Shown one piece after another: positions 28,886 to 38,535 of a stretch of DNA of 64,000 nt. The translations under genes and the position numbers were made by a program. Origin of the DNA: Escherichia coli (lineage in GTDB: Bacteria; Pseudomonadota; Gammaproteobacteria; Enterobacterales; Enterobacteriaceae); the NCBI RefSeq assembly GCF_001677475.2, contig NZ_CP015229.1; one strand, written 5' to 3'. Position 1 is the first letter of the stretch. Each line of letters begins with the position of its first letter. Under the pieces are notes generated by a model, which was given only the letters and a program-made list of their open reading frames with translations, was not told the DNA's origin and did not search any database.

Positions 28886-29035
28886 AGATCAATAAGCACT
28901 TCTCTGATAGGCTCATACCGCTTTTGCGCAAAGCAGATGGGCCTGAGGTTTGCTTGTGACCCCAACGCATGAGCAGATGGCTGGCAGGTGCCGCTAACAC
29001 CCACCAGCCGCCCATTACCACAAATTAAAAAGCCT

Positions 29036-29233
29036 TCACTGCGGAAGGCGTCTGTAACAACCGAACTGATAATCTGCCAGACCCGCCATAACAAGCTGAG
29101 TCAGTATTAACTGGCAGCGCTCGCGTGAAAGGTAAGTATTCTGCGCAATCTCCCCGACGGTCGCCGGTTCGGTGACGCTTAATTCATTAAACACCACTCT
29201 GGCGGTTTCGGTCATATCCTGCTGTTTTAGCAT
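29036..29233 (-). CDS. Small putative HTH protein (ORF extends to 29326)
   Basis: 65 aa from MLKQQDMTETARVVFNELSVTEPATVGEIAQNTYLSRERCQLIL... with SD AAGGGA. Confidence 0.4.
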   Translation of the reverse strand: MLKQQDMTETARVVFNELSVTEPATVGEIAQNTYLSRERCQLILTQLVMAGLADYQFGCYRRLPQ

Positions 29234-29521
29234 GTCTTTTTCCCTTTTCTGGTTAACGTGACATACCAATAACTCTTGTCGAAAAAGCCAGCAAGCAGAA
29301 AGACCAGTATTAATAACCACCAGCACATTTAACGCACTGCGCTACTTTGCGGGCACAAAAAACCCGCTCAGAGGAGGCGGGTTCAGGCTATGCAGTGAAA
29401 TAACCACTCTTAAAAGCATACATGATTTTTTACGTACGTAAATGCTTTGCCGTGCATATTTTTCATGCAAATGTCACATACTGCTATTTTCAGTGTTATA
29501 AATTTAAAGCCATAGAAAAAA

Positions 29522-30340
29522 TCAATTATGTTTTAAGAATGGATAGGTAAAGAATAACAAGTGACACAGATTCAGACCAAAATGGAAAAGGGTTGCCACC
29601 CACAAGCGCCCACTCCACATCCATGACAATCCATACACAACACCAGATAACGTGGCAAATAATACAAGTAAAGCACCACCTGAATAGTGATAAAAACCAA
29701 ACAACAAAGACGCCACAATTAACGCAACCAATGGAGACGTCACTTCTGATAGCCGTGATTGAATATACCCTCTAAATAATGACTCCTCTGCCAGAGACAC
29801 AAAAAACAAATTAGCCAATATAAACTCTGGCAACCACTCTGGAAAATGAATCTCTGGCTTTAACCCACCAAAAAAAACAGCCAAAAACAGGATAAGAGGA
29901 ACAGAGAGCAACAGAGCCGCCCATTTCCACAAAGACACTTCTGATTTCACTTCTTTTTTAAAAAAAGAAGCTGTACACAGGACTAACAAAAATGGCACCA
30001 GCGCTTTATCAAAATTAAAATACATTGTATAGGGAGTGCTTTGAGGTCCGACAGTGACAGACTTTAGCACTACAGGATTGTGAAACCCTGGCCATAAATG
30101 AAAAGATAATGCTATGGCTGATAAAACTATGCCAGCTTCATATATGGATTTAGCCCAGGCGTTATATTTCCAGTTGAACTTCAAAATAATAAAAAAAACG
30201 ATTGTAGCAACAAAAAACAACACCGGCCAATCAATAATATCATTAAGCACAGCCAGGACAACAGACACCGTCAACAATGAAAAAGCCACTACCTTATGCC
30301 AACTGAGAGTTGACAGTGACAGTGCTAACACAATCCACAT
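29522..30340 (-). CDS. CPBP-family intramembrane metalloprotease (Abi/CAAX protease domain)
   Basis: Multi-TM protein with the family motifs EESLFRGY (EExxxR), FGFYH and HFGLN; encoded in AT-rich DNA. Confidence 0.7.
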   Translation of the reverse strand: MWIVLALSLSTLSWHKVVAFSLLTVSVVLAVLNDIIDWPVLFFVATIVFFIILKFNWKYNAWAKSIYEAGIVLSAIALSFHLWPGFHNPVVLKSVTVGPQSTPYTMYFNFDKALVPFLLVLCTASFFKKEVKSEVSLWKWAALLLSVPLILFLAVFFGGLKPEIHFPEWLPEFILANLFFVSLAEESLFRGYIQSRLSEVTSPLVALIVASLLFGFYHYSGGALLVLFATLSGVVYGLSWMWSGRLWVATLFHFGLNLCHLLFFTYPFLKHN

Positions 30341-30494
30341 AAACACTCCTTTTATTTAATGATGAAGATTGATTATCAATATTTTCAATTCACCTGGCAA
30401 CATTTTGTTTACCTTCCATAAAATTCATGACCATCAAAAAAATAAACATATTAATTATAAACACAGAAAACATAACCCTCGTCACTATATATCC

Positions 30495-30869
30495 CTACCG
30501 CATATCCATATCTAACCGGACATTCAGAGCCATAAGCATTCCTTCAATAATACCTTCAGCTTTATAAAGTCTTTTACCAATAAGCCCATCAGAACATCTA
30601 TGCTTACGTGCAAGAGCCATAAATGTCATTCCACCTACGTAATAATCGACCAACAAATCGTGCAAATACTGATTATTCTTGTTTAATCGTGCCATACAGC
30701 CACAAATTATCATGGCGTCATCATCAGAACACTGAGGACGTGATTTCACTTTAGTTGGGATTAATCCTTTAAAACCAGCAGCTATCGAGGACCATGTTAC
30801 ATCTTCATGATTATTTGCTGCCCATGCTCCCCACCGCTCCATAACCAGCTGAATATCACGCAACATCAT
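30495..30869 (-). CDS. Q: Late antiterminator Q (QuuD-like)
   Basis: 124 aa, [34 protein letters not shown]...[16 protein letters not shown] matches the small Q family. Confidence 0.85.
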   Translation of the reverse strand: MMLRDIQLVMERWGAWAANNHEDVTWSSIAAGFKGLIPTKVKSRPQCSDDDAMIICGCMARLNKNNQYLHDLLVDYYVGGMTFMALARKHRCSDGLIGKRLYKAEGIIEGMLMALNVRLDMDMR

Positions 30870-31227
30870 TACATCCTCTTATTACGAATATATTCACGCC
30901 CAGTCGCCCACCGCAAACAGGCAGACCATGCACAATATTGATTTCATCAAACTGCTCGTCGTCTATAAGCAGCCCCGCATGTGTCAGCGCATCCAGCAGT
31001 GCTTTCAGGATATTGTCCAGGTCACGACGGCGCTTATCCGGTGGATCTGCAATAATCTTTATCGCCAGCCTTCCGGACAGGTTTAATTTCAACCGCTGCT
31101 GGCGAACAATGAGCACCACATCACGGCGATAACGCTCACCGGCTTTTGATACAAAATATGTGCTGCCATAACGTCGCCAGTAGGTGTTCACCGTCGGCGG
31201 GTAAGGCAAAACAAACTCTATACGCAT
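30856..31227 (-). CDS. rusA: Holliday junction resolvase RusA
   Basis: 123 aa, catalytic region [30 protein letters not shown]. Confidence 0.85.
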   Translation of the reverse strand: MRIEFVLPYPPTVNTYWRRYGSTYFVSKAGERYRRDVVLIVRQQRLKLNLSGRLAIKIIADPPDKRRRDLDNILKALLDALTHAGLLIDDEQFDEINIVHGLPVCGGRLGVNIFVIRGCNDVA

Positions 31228-31239
31228 CAGTAACCTCTT

Positions 31240-32289
31240 TTACCCAAGCACGCCGGTTGCAAAGGCGTGATCAAGAAAACGAAAAATTAAATCAATCTGG
31301 GAACCATGGTTTTCTTCGAACGCCAGCAGATCCGCATGAAGTTCGTTGTGATGCTCCCGGCACAGCGGTAGTGTAAAAATATCGTGGGCCTTTGTTCCCA
31401 TTCCGCCCTGACCATGACCAATCAGGTGATGGGGATCGTCGGCTGGCTTACCACAACACGCACACGGCTGTGTCTTTACCCAGCGCGTGTATTTCTCATT
31501 TACCCAGCGGCGACGTTTAGGTCGCCTCATGAACGATTCAGGAGACTCCGGATCAACGGCGATACTGACAACCGTTTTTTTCTGTGGTGGATTTTGTTGC
31601 TGGTGGACGTGAAGTGGCAGCGCAATATTTTTTGTGCGCTGCTTCAGTATGCTGGTGGCTGTCGGTTCTCCCGGTATGATGTCGCTCTCGCGGTACACCG
31701 AGCAAATTTTCTCTGCACGTAACCCCAGAGAACGACGTAATACTGTCTCCGGTAGCGCGTCCGCCACCTGATTGCAGACCGCCCACCAGGATAATTCAGC
31801 CAAAGATAATTCACGCTCCTGCGTACCGCTTATTGCGTGACCGATGACGTCAATCATCCATGCTGACAGGTTTTGATGAGCAAGTTGCTCGAGTGATTCG
31901 GATGTCTGGTCACGCAGCTGGTTGTCGCAGTGCCAGCACAACACCATTGCGCCGGTACCATAACGGTGAATGACGGTTTCGCTGTGATGATAATCGCCGT
32001 GTGGCCACTGGCAGGATTTAATATGGCGCAACAGCCAGTCAGACAATGCACCAGCACCACCAGCAGCACGAATCACCCGTGCGTTACTGAAAAACGGCAG
32101 CAATGTTTTGTCTTCCACCAGCGGCTGGCGAACGGCAGGAACGACCCCGGACGGCAGATTACGCATGCTTTTCGGTTCCGGCTCCACCAATACCCGGGTA
32201 TTGTGGAATACCGGCATGGATTCACGGCCCGGCTTAACGATCACCAGCCCGAGTTCCGGTACCAGAACAGGTCGAAGTAATACCCGCAC
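31240..32289 (-). CDS. DUF968-family protein (YdfU-like) with HNH-like Cys/His motif
   Basis: 349 aa; C-terminal CACCGKPADDPHHLIGHGQGGMGTKAHD...CREHHNELH. Confidence 0.7.
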   Translation of the reverse strand: MRVLLRPVLVPELGLVIVKPGRESMPVFHNTRVLVEPEPKSMRNLPSGVVPAVRQPLVEDKTLLPFFSNARVIRAAGGAGALSDWLLRHIKSCQWPHGDYHHSETVIHRYGTGAMVLCWHCDNQLRDQTSESLEQLAHQNLSAWMIDVIGHAISGTQERELSLAELSWWAVCNQVADALPETVLRRSLGLRAEKICSVYRESDIIPGEPTATSILKQRTKNIALPLHVHQQQNPPQKKTVVSIAVDPESPESFMRRPKRRRWVNEKYTRWVKTQPCACCGKPADDPHHLIGHGQGGMGTKAHDIFTLPLCREHHNELHADLLAFEENHGSQIDLIFRFLDHAFATGVLG

Positions 32290-32290
32290 G

Positions 32291-32569
32291 TTACCTCCAG
32301 ATGCGTTGCTGGAATGTGCGAGACGGACGCGGTGGGCGCTCGGAGTACGGCAGCCTGACGTAGATTATCCAGAGACGATAATCGAGGCTGAGGGATTTCT
32401 TAATCTCGTATCCACGCCTGCGGTAGTTCTGAATCAGCCATTTGGCCTGTTCTTCAGTGCATGGTTCATGCTGGAACCAGTCAGATTTGAATGTGAGAGA
32501 ACGCCGCCCGTGCCTGCTGGCAAAGACGGCTGAATTATCGGAATTGTGTAGTCTGGAATTTTGCGCCAT
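32291..32569 (-). CDS. Hypothetical nin-region protein
   Basis: 92-aa ORF abutting the DUF968 gene; no recognised motif. Confidence 0.35.
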   Translation of the reverse strand: MAQNSRLHNSDNSAVFASRHGRRSLTFKSDWFQHEPCTEEQAKWLIQNYRRRGYEIKKSLSLDYRLWIIYVRLPYSERPPRPSRTFQQRIWR

Positions 32570-32635
32570 CGGCTTTCTCCGCTGGCACAGTGTTACTCAA
32601 CAGGGGTTCAGCCCTGCGCTGAATTGTAGTTGAAT

Positions 32636-32899
32636 TCACTCATATTCAAAAGCAGAAAAACCAGCCTTAAGCTCAGCTTCTTTCAGAGACTGCAATGATG
32701 TGACAAATTCATTTTCACGCAAAATAAAACCATCCGTCACAAATCCATCCACAAAATAAATTAACGCAGCTCCACTCTTCCCTTGTTGAGACTGTAAACA
32801 TTTAATACGGCAGTGACTGACAATAGCGCCATTCTCAACGCGCGCAGTGTAGAGGCCATCTTCACTAAAAATTTCACGTAATTCTTCGATTTTCATCAA
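32636..32899 (-). CDS. Hypothetical protein
   Basis: 87-aa ORF downstream of hok. Confidence 0.4.
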   Translation of the reverse strand: MMKIEELREIFSEDGLYTARVENGAIVSHCRIKCLQSQQGKSGAALIYFVDGFVTDGFILRENEFVTSLQSLKEAELKAGFSAFEYE

Positions 32900-33050
32900 C
32901 AGAATCCTTCCAGATAAATAGCACTCCCCTGTTCGGGGTCCATCCCTCTTCTCCCTGCGCGCTAACTAAGTAATATGATTCTATTTACCCCAAACGCCCC
33001 CTCAAGAACCGCAACCAATGGAGTACACAAAAAGCTAATCAGCTACGCTA

Positions 33051-33078
33051 CGCAATAAAAAACCCGCCGAAGCGGGTT
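33051..33078 (-). terminator. Rho-independent terminator downstream of hok
   Basis: Minus strand AACCCGCUUCGGCGGGUU followed by UUUUUAUU. Confidence 0.65.
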
Positions 33079-33148
33079 AAGTGCGGGCGCGTTGAGGATG
33101 CCTGACACATCAGAGGTGGCGAGGGATTTCTCCCTCGCCAGGTCACTC

Positions 33149-33304
33149 TTACTCCTCAGATTCGTAAGCTGTGAAGACAGCGACCTCCGTCTGGCCGGTT
33201 CGGATTCGCACCTCGCAGAGGTCTTTCCTCGTTACCAGTGCCGTCACTATGACGGTTAAACAGATGACGATCAGGGCGATTAACATCGCCTTTTGCTGCT
33301 TCAT
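33149..33304 (-). CDS. hokD: Hok/Gef-family membrane toxin (HokD/RelF-like)
   Basis: MKQQKAMLIALIVICLTVIVTALVTRKDLCEVRIRTGQTEVAVFTAYESEE, near-identical to E. coli HokD; longer overlapping in-frame ORF is mok-like. Confidence 0.9.
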   Translation of the reverse strand: MKQQKAMLIALIVICLTVIVTALVTRKDLCEVRIRTGQTEVAVFTAYESEE

Positions 33305-33594
33305 AGCCTGCTTCTCCTTGCCTTTCGGCACGTAAGAGGCTAACCTACATGTGCAAAGCATGAAATTGGCCTCAGATTAATGTTAAGCGTCTTGCCGGAC
33401 GCGTAATGTTAACTGGGGCTTTTCTCTATCTGCCGTTGGTGTTCATGCCCGAGGCAGATAGCCTCAAGCACCCGCTGCAATTCTACTTAACTCTCCTTTT
33501 CCCGCAAACCGTTTTTATCCCCAGCGGCAAATCGAATACACCACCAGCGCCACCGCAAGTGCAATTCCTACCGTTGTGAATGCTTCAGGCCAGG

Positions 33595-34017
33595 TCATCG
33601 ATTCACCTCCTGCTCAATATTTTTAAGGTCATTTTCCGCATACAGTATTGCTGTCCTGGCTGCTCGTAACCGGGCTTTGGCATTTTTCTCTTCACGTTCA
33701 AGTTTTTCCACAGCTTCACGAAGAGCATCCCGCTTTGCATAGAGTGATTTAATCTCAGACACTATGTTTTCACCGTTTCTCGCACGGTCGAGAACAAGCT
33801 CGAACGGATCTAAAGCCAATCCGCATCGGTTACAGGTAATCGTACGATTCACTTCTGAAATTGTTGTACGGATATGCTGACAGCATTTTTGCTCGCCGCT
33901 TTTTCTGTCGGTTATCACAACGTTGAGAAGCCCTTCTTCCTCTGATTTTGGTTGCACAAGGGTGATAACATTGTCGATGTCATTTTTCATTAGCCCCCCA
34001 CTCTTGTGGTGATTCAT
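33595..34017 (-). CDS. Hypothetical Zn-ribbon plus coiled-coil protein
   Basis: 140 aa; CCQH...CNRCG Cys pairs and C-terminal coiled coil (LREAVEKLEREEKNAKARLRAAR); start overlaps upstream stop (ATGA). Confidence 0.45.
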   Translation of the reverse strand: MNHHKSGGLMKNDIDNVITLVQPKSEEEGLLNVVITDRKSGEQKCCQHIRTTISEVNRTITCNRCGLALDPFELVLDRARNGENIVSEIKSLYAKRDALREAVEKLEREEKNAKARLRAARTAILYAENDLKNIEQEVNR

Positions 34018-34190
34018 TCATCACCCCACTCATCACAATATGCTTCGACAGGTGTTTTTCCTGCTTCGTAGTCATCACGCCAGGCTTCAGCATCAACAGC
34101 ACTTCCACCACGTAACTCTGCATAGTCCATTAACAGTTCATGCCATTCTTCAAAACTGACGTTGTATTTAGTTGAACCAAAATCAGCCAT
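34014..34190 (-). CDS. Hypothetical small acidic protein (58 aa), not in ORF track
   Basis: MADFGSTKYNVSFEEWHELLMDYAELRGGSAVDAEAWRDDYEAGKTPVEAYCDEWGDE; coupled to flanking genes. Confidence 0.4.
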   Translation of the reverse strand: MADFGSTKYNVSFEEWHELLMDYAELRGGSAVDAEAWRDDYEAGKTPVEAYCDEWGDE

Positions 34191-34365
34191 TTTGTTCTTC
34201 CTCTTCGTCTTTTATTGCGTGATATGAGTAATTGCAGTAGTTAAAGAAAATTTCTTTTGCTTCATCATGAATTTCATCAGGTGTTGCGTCATCGCCCACT
34301 TCGAATACATCCTCAAAATCTCCACCAGCTATTCCCGTTTCAATAATTATTTTGAACTTTCGCAT
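34183..34365 (-). CDS. Hypothetical small acidic protein
   Basis: 60 aa from MRKFKIIIETGIAGGDFEDVFEV...; hairpin CCGCCCTTTCGGGCGG immediately 5' of start. Confidence 0.4.
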   Translation of the reverse strand: MRKFKIIIETGIAGGDFEDVFEVGDDATPDEIHDEAKEIFFNYCNYSYHAIKDEEEEQNG

Positions 34366-34509
34366 TTCACTACCGCCCTTTCGGGCGGCCTCCTGATGAT
34401 TTGAGAGTGCAAAAATCACTCCGGTTAAGGATTAAATTTTATTTACAGAACTGAATTTAATTATTCAGATATACGTATCTGTAACCCTACGAACCTACTC
34501 ACTGGATGC

Positions 34510-34983
34510 CTATTTCATAAAAATAATCCAGTGAGTTTTATCGTTTTTTCCTGTTCGTTGACCGATAACAGGTTTTCTGTCGGTCAGTGCCAATATCTGG
34601 CGAACAGGTATTTGCGTTTCATTCCATTTGAAAATCAGAACGCCGTATGGCTGCAACACACGAAAGGCTTCTTTAAATCCCTGCCGCAAATCATCACGCC
34701 AGGTATCTTTATTTAGCCGTCCATATTTCTTTCCCATCCAGGCGTTATCACCAACACGCTCAAGATGCGGAGGGTCGAATACAACCATCGAAAAAGATGC
34801 GTCTGCAAATGGTAGTGCACGAAAATCTGCTATCAGGTCAGGGCTAATTATCAGGCGTCGTCCATCACATAATGTGTGCTCTTCTTTTCTGATATCGCTA
34901 AATATCGCCCGGTCGTCATTCTTATCGAACCAGAACATACGACTACCACAGGACATATCAAGAATGGTTGCCGATTCACTCAC
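34510..34983 (-). CDS. Putative SAM-dependent (DNA) methyltransferase
   Basis: 157 aa; motif I-like ILDMSCGSRMFW and motif IV-like MVVFDPPH. Confidence 0.5.
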   Translation of the reverse strand: MSESATILDMSCGSRMFWFDKNDDRAIFSDIRKEEHTLCDGRRLIISPDLIADFRALPFADASFSMVVFDPPHLERVGDNAWMGKKYGRLNKDTWRDDLRQGFKEAFRVLQPYGVLIFKWNETQIPVRQILALTDRKPVIGQRTGKNDKTHWIIFMK

Positions 34984-35203
34984 TGTTTACCTCCTGCAAC
35001 GCTACCCGGTACGCCTTCTTTATCCACGCTGTACTGCCATATAACTTCGTCTTCATAAAAAACACCCCTGCACGGCTCGCCGATATCCCCGGACAGGCTA
35101 ACAGCACTGCATCCACCACACGGTTATGCTTCCGGAACTCCATTACAGTACTGCTGATAACCACCTGTCCCACCGGGCCGTAATCCTGATACAGGATTTT
35201 CAC
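34976..35203 (-). CDS. Hypothetical protein
   Basis: 75-aa ORF with start overlapping upstream stop (ATGA). Confidence 0.4.
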   Translation of the reverse strand: MKILYQDYGPVGQVVISSTVMEFRKHNRVVDAVLLACPGISASRAGVFFMKTKLYGSTAWIKKAYRVALQEVNSE

Positions 35204-35454
35204 GCAGACACCCTCCTGTCGAAATAAACGTAGTTATTCACTGTGCGCAGCGGCATTCCAAATTTTCTGGCGATTTCTCTCCTGGACACGCCACGCTGAT
35301 GCAATTGTCGCGTCAGCTCAATATCACTCTGCGGATATTTTGCTGACTGGTGATAATCACCCCGTAACATCATACTAATACCCAGTTCCCGCGCTTTCGT
35401 TCTGACCGCCGCCTCACTACGGCCAATCAGACTGCCGATGCTTTTTACCTTCAT
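35200..35454 (-). CDS. Small DNA-binding protein with two HTH-like segments
   Basis: 84 aa from MKVKSIGSLIGRSEAAVRTKARELGI...GVSRREIARKFGMPLRTVNNYV. Confidence 0.45.
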   Translation of the reverse strand: MKVKSIGSLIGRSEAAVRTKARELGISMMLRGDYHQSAKYPQSDIELTRQLHQRGVSRREIARKFGMPLRTVNNYVYFDRRVSA

Positions 35455-35510
35455 TGTTCCCGCGCACTGCCGAAGAATAAGGATTTCAGCCCGCACCCAG
35501 CCACGCCATC

Positions 35511-36272
35511 TCACTTCACATCCTCTCTGGAACAATTCATCTGCCGTATAATATCCCGGTACTTGTTCAGCTCCCGCAGCGCGGCGCAGACACGCTCCCA
35601 CTTCTGGACATGGCTTTTCGCCCGACGCAATTCGCGGTTTGCTATATGCAGCGATGGTAAAATCAGGTCATCCCCTTGCGTTTCGGTGAGCGATGGTAAC
35701 GACTGCACCATGTCCGCCACAGTTTCTGTTTTAATATCTTCCTGTGTTGCAGCTTCCTGTACCGGTAACGCAACACCGGCTGGCTGAGGAAAGGCTTTAC
35801 CATCGGTTTCCGCTACCGATGCGGCTTTCAGCTCTGCTGGTAAATTATCTCCCGGCATGCAGTAGCGAAATTTACCGTTCTGGTTTACGCGTGCCAGCCG
35901 CCCCGTTGCGGTTACTACTGCCAGCGTGGAAGCAACCTTGCGAGTGCTGACACAGAACTTACCCGCCAGTTCCTCACACGTTTTAGCTCCCTCCTGACCG
36001 ATAAACTCAATCATCATGTCAGCGGTAACTTTTCGTTCGACCGCCCTGGTCAGCACATCCGGTACTTCAGATTGTGCTGGCTGCTCTTCGGTTACCCCGG
36101 ATTCACCTTCGCCAGCCAGAAACCAGGTGTGACCCGTTTTATCAACGACGCCATTTCTTTTCAGTTCCCACAGCTCGTTCAGCACTTCTTCACGACTGAT
36201 ATCAAGTCGCGCAGCCAGTTCTGTCGACGTGGCTTTCCCCATTGCTTTCAGTGCGTCAAAAACAGTCTCCAT
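35511..36272 (-). CDS. Hypothetical phage protein (DUF1627-like), N-terminal winged-helix
   Basis: 253 aa from [43 protein letters not shown]. Confidence 0.5.
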   Translation of the reverse strand: METVFDALKAMGKATSTELAARLDISREEVLNELWELKRNGVVDKTGHTWFLAGEGESGVTEEQPAQSEVPDVLTRAVERKVTADMMIEFIGQEGAKTCEELAGKFCVSTRKVASTLAVVTATGRLARVNQNGKFRYCMPGDNLPAELKAASVAETDGKAFPQPAGVALPVQEAATQEDIKTETVADMVQSLPSLTETQGDDLILPSLHIANRELRRAKSHVQKWERVCAALRELNKYRDIIRQMNCSREDVK

Positions 36273-36306
36273 TAAAATTTCCTCCCGGTAAAAATCACTT
36301 CTCAAC

Positions 36307-36972
36307 TCAAACAAAACCAGCCGTTTTCCGGCGTTCATACTCCTGTTTCAGCAACTCAATTGGCGTTGGTCCCGACGGGCGTTTGGGTGCCGCCAGTTGT
36401 CGCCGGACTGGCGGAATGCTCAGGCCATTACCAACATGCTTTGCCCATTTCGTCAGTTGCCGTTCTGCAAGCCGTTTTAACTCCCCTTCGGTCATCTGGC
36501 GCTCAATCCCCTTTGAACGCATCTCGAGGCAAATGTGATACAGCACAGGCTGAGACCACGGGTACTTATCACTTCCGTCGTATCGCCAGGACTCATTGCG
36601 CCAGCGGCGGTACTCCTCCATCACAGCATCCACCGTCAGACCGAATGGATTGGCTCCGCTTTCCGAAATCAGTGCCACAAACTCAGCCAGGTCCGGAGGC
36701 CATGTTTCACCCGCCCGGCAGCGGTCCATGCACTGGCGGCAGACCTGCCGGATTTGCTGCTCAGTCATCGCGCCAATCTGTGCAATCCAGAGCTTCGAAG
36801 GTGCGGCCCCGTTCTTCCGGGGCCAGCGGTTCGAATAAACCTCCCCCATGAGTTCCCACAGCTTCCAGGCCGTTTCCGTCGCTGATAAATCCGTTTTCAC
36901 GTTCCCACTGCTCACGTGCTGCCCGAATTTCCTGAACTGCCCGTGATGCGGTGCCACCTGGTGCTGCTGCAT
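36307..36972 (-). CDS. Replication protein P-like helicase loader (true start probably internal, ~36768)
   Basis: C-terminal half resembles lambda P ([16 protein letters not shown] ; [14 protein letters not shown]...IPPV); 5' part overlaps the O-like gene. Confidence 0.6.
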   Translation of the reverse strand: MQQHQVAPHHGQFRKFGQHVSSGNVKTDLSATETAWKLWELMGEVYSNRWPRKNGAAPSKLWIAQIGAMTEQQIRQVCRQCMDRCRAGETWPPDLAEFVALISESGANPFGLTVDAVMEEYRRWRNESWRYDGSDKYPWSQPVLYHICLEMRSKGIERQMTEGELKRLAERQLTKWAKHVGNGLSIPPVRRQLAAPKRPSGPTPIELLKQEYERRKTAGFV

Positions 36973-37801
36973 GGTTTGCCCCCTTGCTGACTGGTTTAAC
37001 CTGTGCCCTGACGTGATTTACGTGACGGGCGAATTTCTGCTCCCACTGAACCTGCGTGAAAACTTTACCCTCCTCAGTCCAGTAATCCCTGAATGCGGCA
37101 AGTTCAGCAGGTGTAAATTCCGGCTCTGGCAGAGCCATCCCCCACAACGCAGCCCGTCGTCGAAAATCCCGTGACGGATACCAGCTATCGGTCATCGGAA
37201 ATTTTCCGATGGGTTCGTTCACGCCGTCCAGGAGCACGGGGGGGGTTGTCTGTAGCGACAAAACTCCCCGCTCACTGGTCGGAGCACTCTCACGTGCGTT
37301 ATGTGTGGGGTTTAGATCTTTGGGTTCCTTTGGGTTCCGTGATCCGTTTTTGGGTGTCTTTGATGGAAAATTTGGGTGTCTTTGGTTATTTTCCATGCAG
37401 CAAAGAGTTCCGTTTTTGGGGCTGTTTTGTGCTGAAACATAACCGTTTTCGGTACTGTTTTTATTAACAGCACCAATTTTACCCACCTTTAAAGACACCC
37501 GTTTTTGGGTGTATTCAGGCTCGGCAACACTTTCTTCTACACCGATAAGTCGGTACACCACAATTTGCTTTGTTCTGCCTTTTCTCTCACCGGTATCAAT
37601 AATTAACCCAATCTCCATCAGGTGTCGTAAGCTGTCCTGCACAGTCTTTTTGTTCAGTTCCGTTACTTCTGCCAGTGCAGATACAGACGGGTATGCACAC
37701 AAATCGGCACCGCACATATCAGCAAGCCAGGTCAATACTGACTTACTGGATGAACTGCCGGTTTTCACCTTTTTAGCCCACCGTAGTGCATCGATACTCA
37801 T
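36761..37801 (-). CDS. Replication initiator (lambda O-like), contains ori iterons
   Basis: 346 aa from MSIDALRWAKKVKTGSSSSKSVLTWLADMCGADLCAYPSVSALAEV (HTH); internal repeated KTPKNG / PKEPKD encoded by iterons. Confidence 0.65.
   Translation of the reverse strand: MSIDALRWAKKVKTGSSSSKSVLTWLADMCGADLCAYPSVSALAEVTELNKKTVQDSLRHLMEIGLIIDTGERKGRTKQIVVYRLIGVEESVAEPEYTQKRVSLKVGKIGAVNKNSTENGYVSAQNSPKNGTLCCMENNQRHPNFPSKTPKNGSRNPKEPKDLNPTHNARESAPTSERGVLSLQTTPPVLLDGVNEPIGKFPMTDSWYPSRDFRRRAALWGMALPEPEFTPAELAAFRDYWTEEGKVFTQVQWEQKFARHVNHVRAQVKPVSKGANHAAAPGGTASRAVQEIRAAREQWERENGFISDGNGLEAVGTHGGGLFEPLAPEERGRTFEALDCTDWRDD
37320..37530 (-). repeat. Putative replication origin iterons inside O-like gene
   Basis: Repeats of TTTGGGTGTCTTTG / TTTGGGTTCC / CGTTTTTGGG in direct and inverted orientation. 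Confidence 0.55.
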
Positions 37802-38324
37802 ACGAACCTCTGGCAGACATTTGTTTATCTGCAAAGTAATAATGATATTGCTGACGATACGCATGCTTGAAAGCAATAGCTTTTTCTATAAGCTCGTCAG
37901 TCTCACGTTCCACAACAGATGGATCCGCAAAAAGCAGCCCGGACTCCACCACATCGCCATATTCTTTGTTTAACCCGGCGATCATGTACGTAATGCTTTT
38001 TCCGTCAGTAATTTCACAATACAACCTGAAATCGCTGATCCGGATAGCCTCCATAATTGCCGGAATCAGCGCCGTGAATTTTTCCCGCTTATCCCTGGTG
38101 TCGATAGCTTTCCAGCGTTCGAATATCTTCACCCGGTTAACGCCCAGCGCCCGTTGATCAACCTCGCCATCATTAAACGTGACGCGTTGAACATCGATGT
38201 TCGGGCGTTCTTTCAGAGCCCAGAATGCTTCCGTGATTAAAATAGTCGCCTGCTCCTGTGTCATTCCTGGTCGGCATACCCAGGCATCCAGAGCCTCACA
38301 AACCTGTTCAGGGGTGATTTTCAT
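37773..38324 (-). CDS. YdaT-like regulatory protein (cII-position gene)
   Basis: 183 aa starting MKITPEQVCEALDAW..., located between the cro-like gene and O. Confidence 0.45.
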   Translation of the reverse strand: MKITPEQVCEALDAWVCRPGMTQEQATILITEAFWALKERPNIDVQRVTFNDGEVDQRALGVNRVKIFERWKAIDTRDKREKFTALIPAIMEAIRISDFRLYCEITDGKSITYMIAGLNKEYGDVVESGLLFADPSVVERETDELIEKAIAFKHAYRQQYHYYFADKQMSARGSYEYRCTTVG

Positions 38325-38535
38325 TGTTCAACCGCCCCGCCCGCTTTGCCTTACGATATTCGTCATAAACTTTGGGGTCGTACTGAAGTTCCCCGCCGGA
38401 TGCCTCTTGCAGGCGCATCGCGCGACCTTCAGGAACCAGTTCCCCCCATGCAGCAATGCTTGCCAGCCTAACTCCTGCGGCATTGGCAAGCTTTGTTTTG
38501 CTGCCAAAAAACGCTATAGCATCAATTTTCAACAT
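38308..38535 (-). CDS. dicC: Cro-like repressor (DicC-like)
   Basis: 75 aa, MLKIDAIAFFGSKTKLANAAGVRLASIAAWGELVPEGRAMRLQEASGGELQYDPKVY, P22 Cro/DicC-type. Confidence 0.75.
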   Translation of the reverse strand: MLKIDAIAFFGSKTKLANAAGVRLASIAAWGELVPEGRAMRLQEASGGELQYDPKVYDEYRKAKRAGRLNNENHP

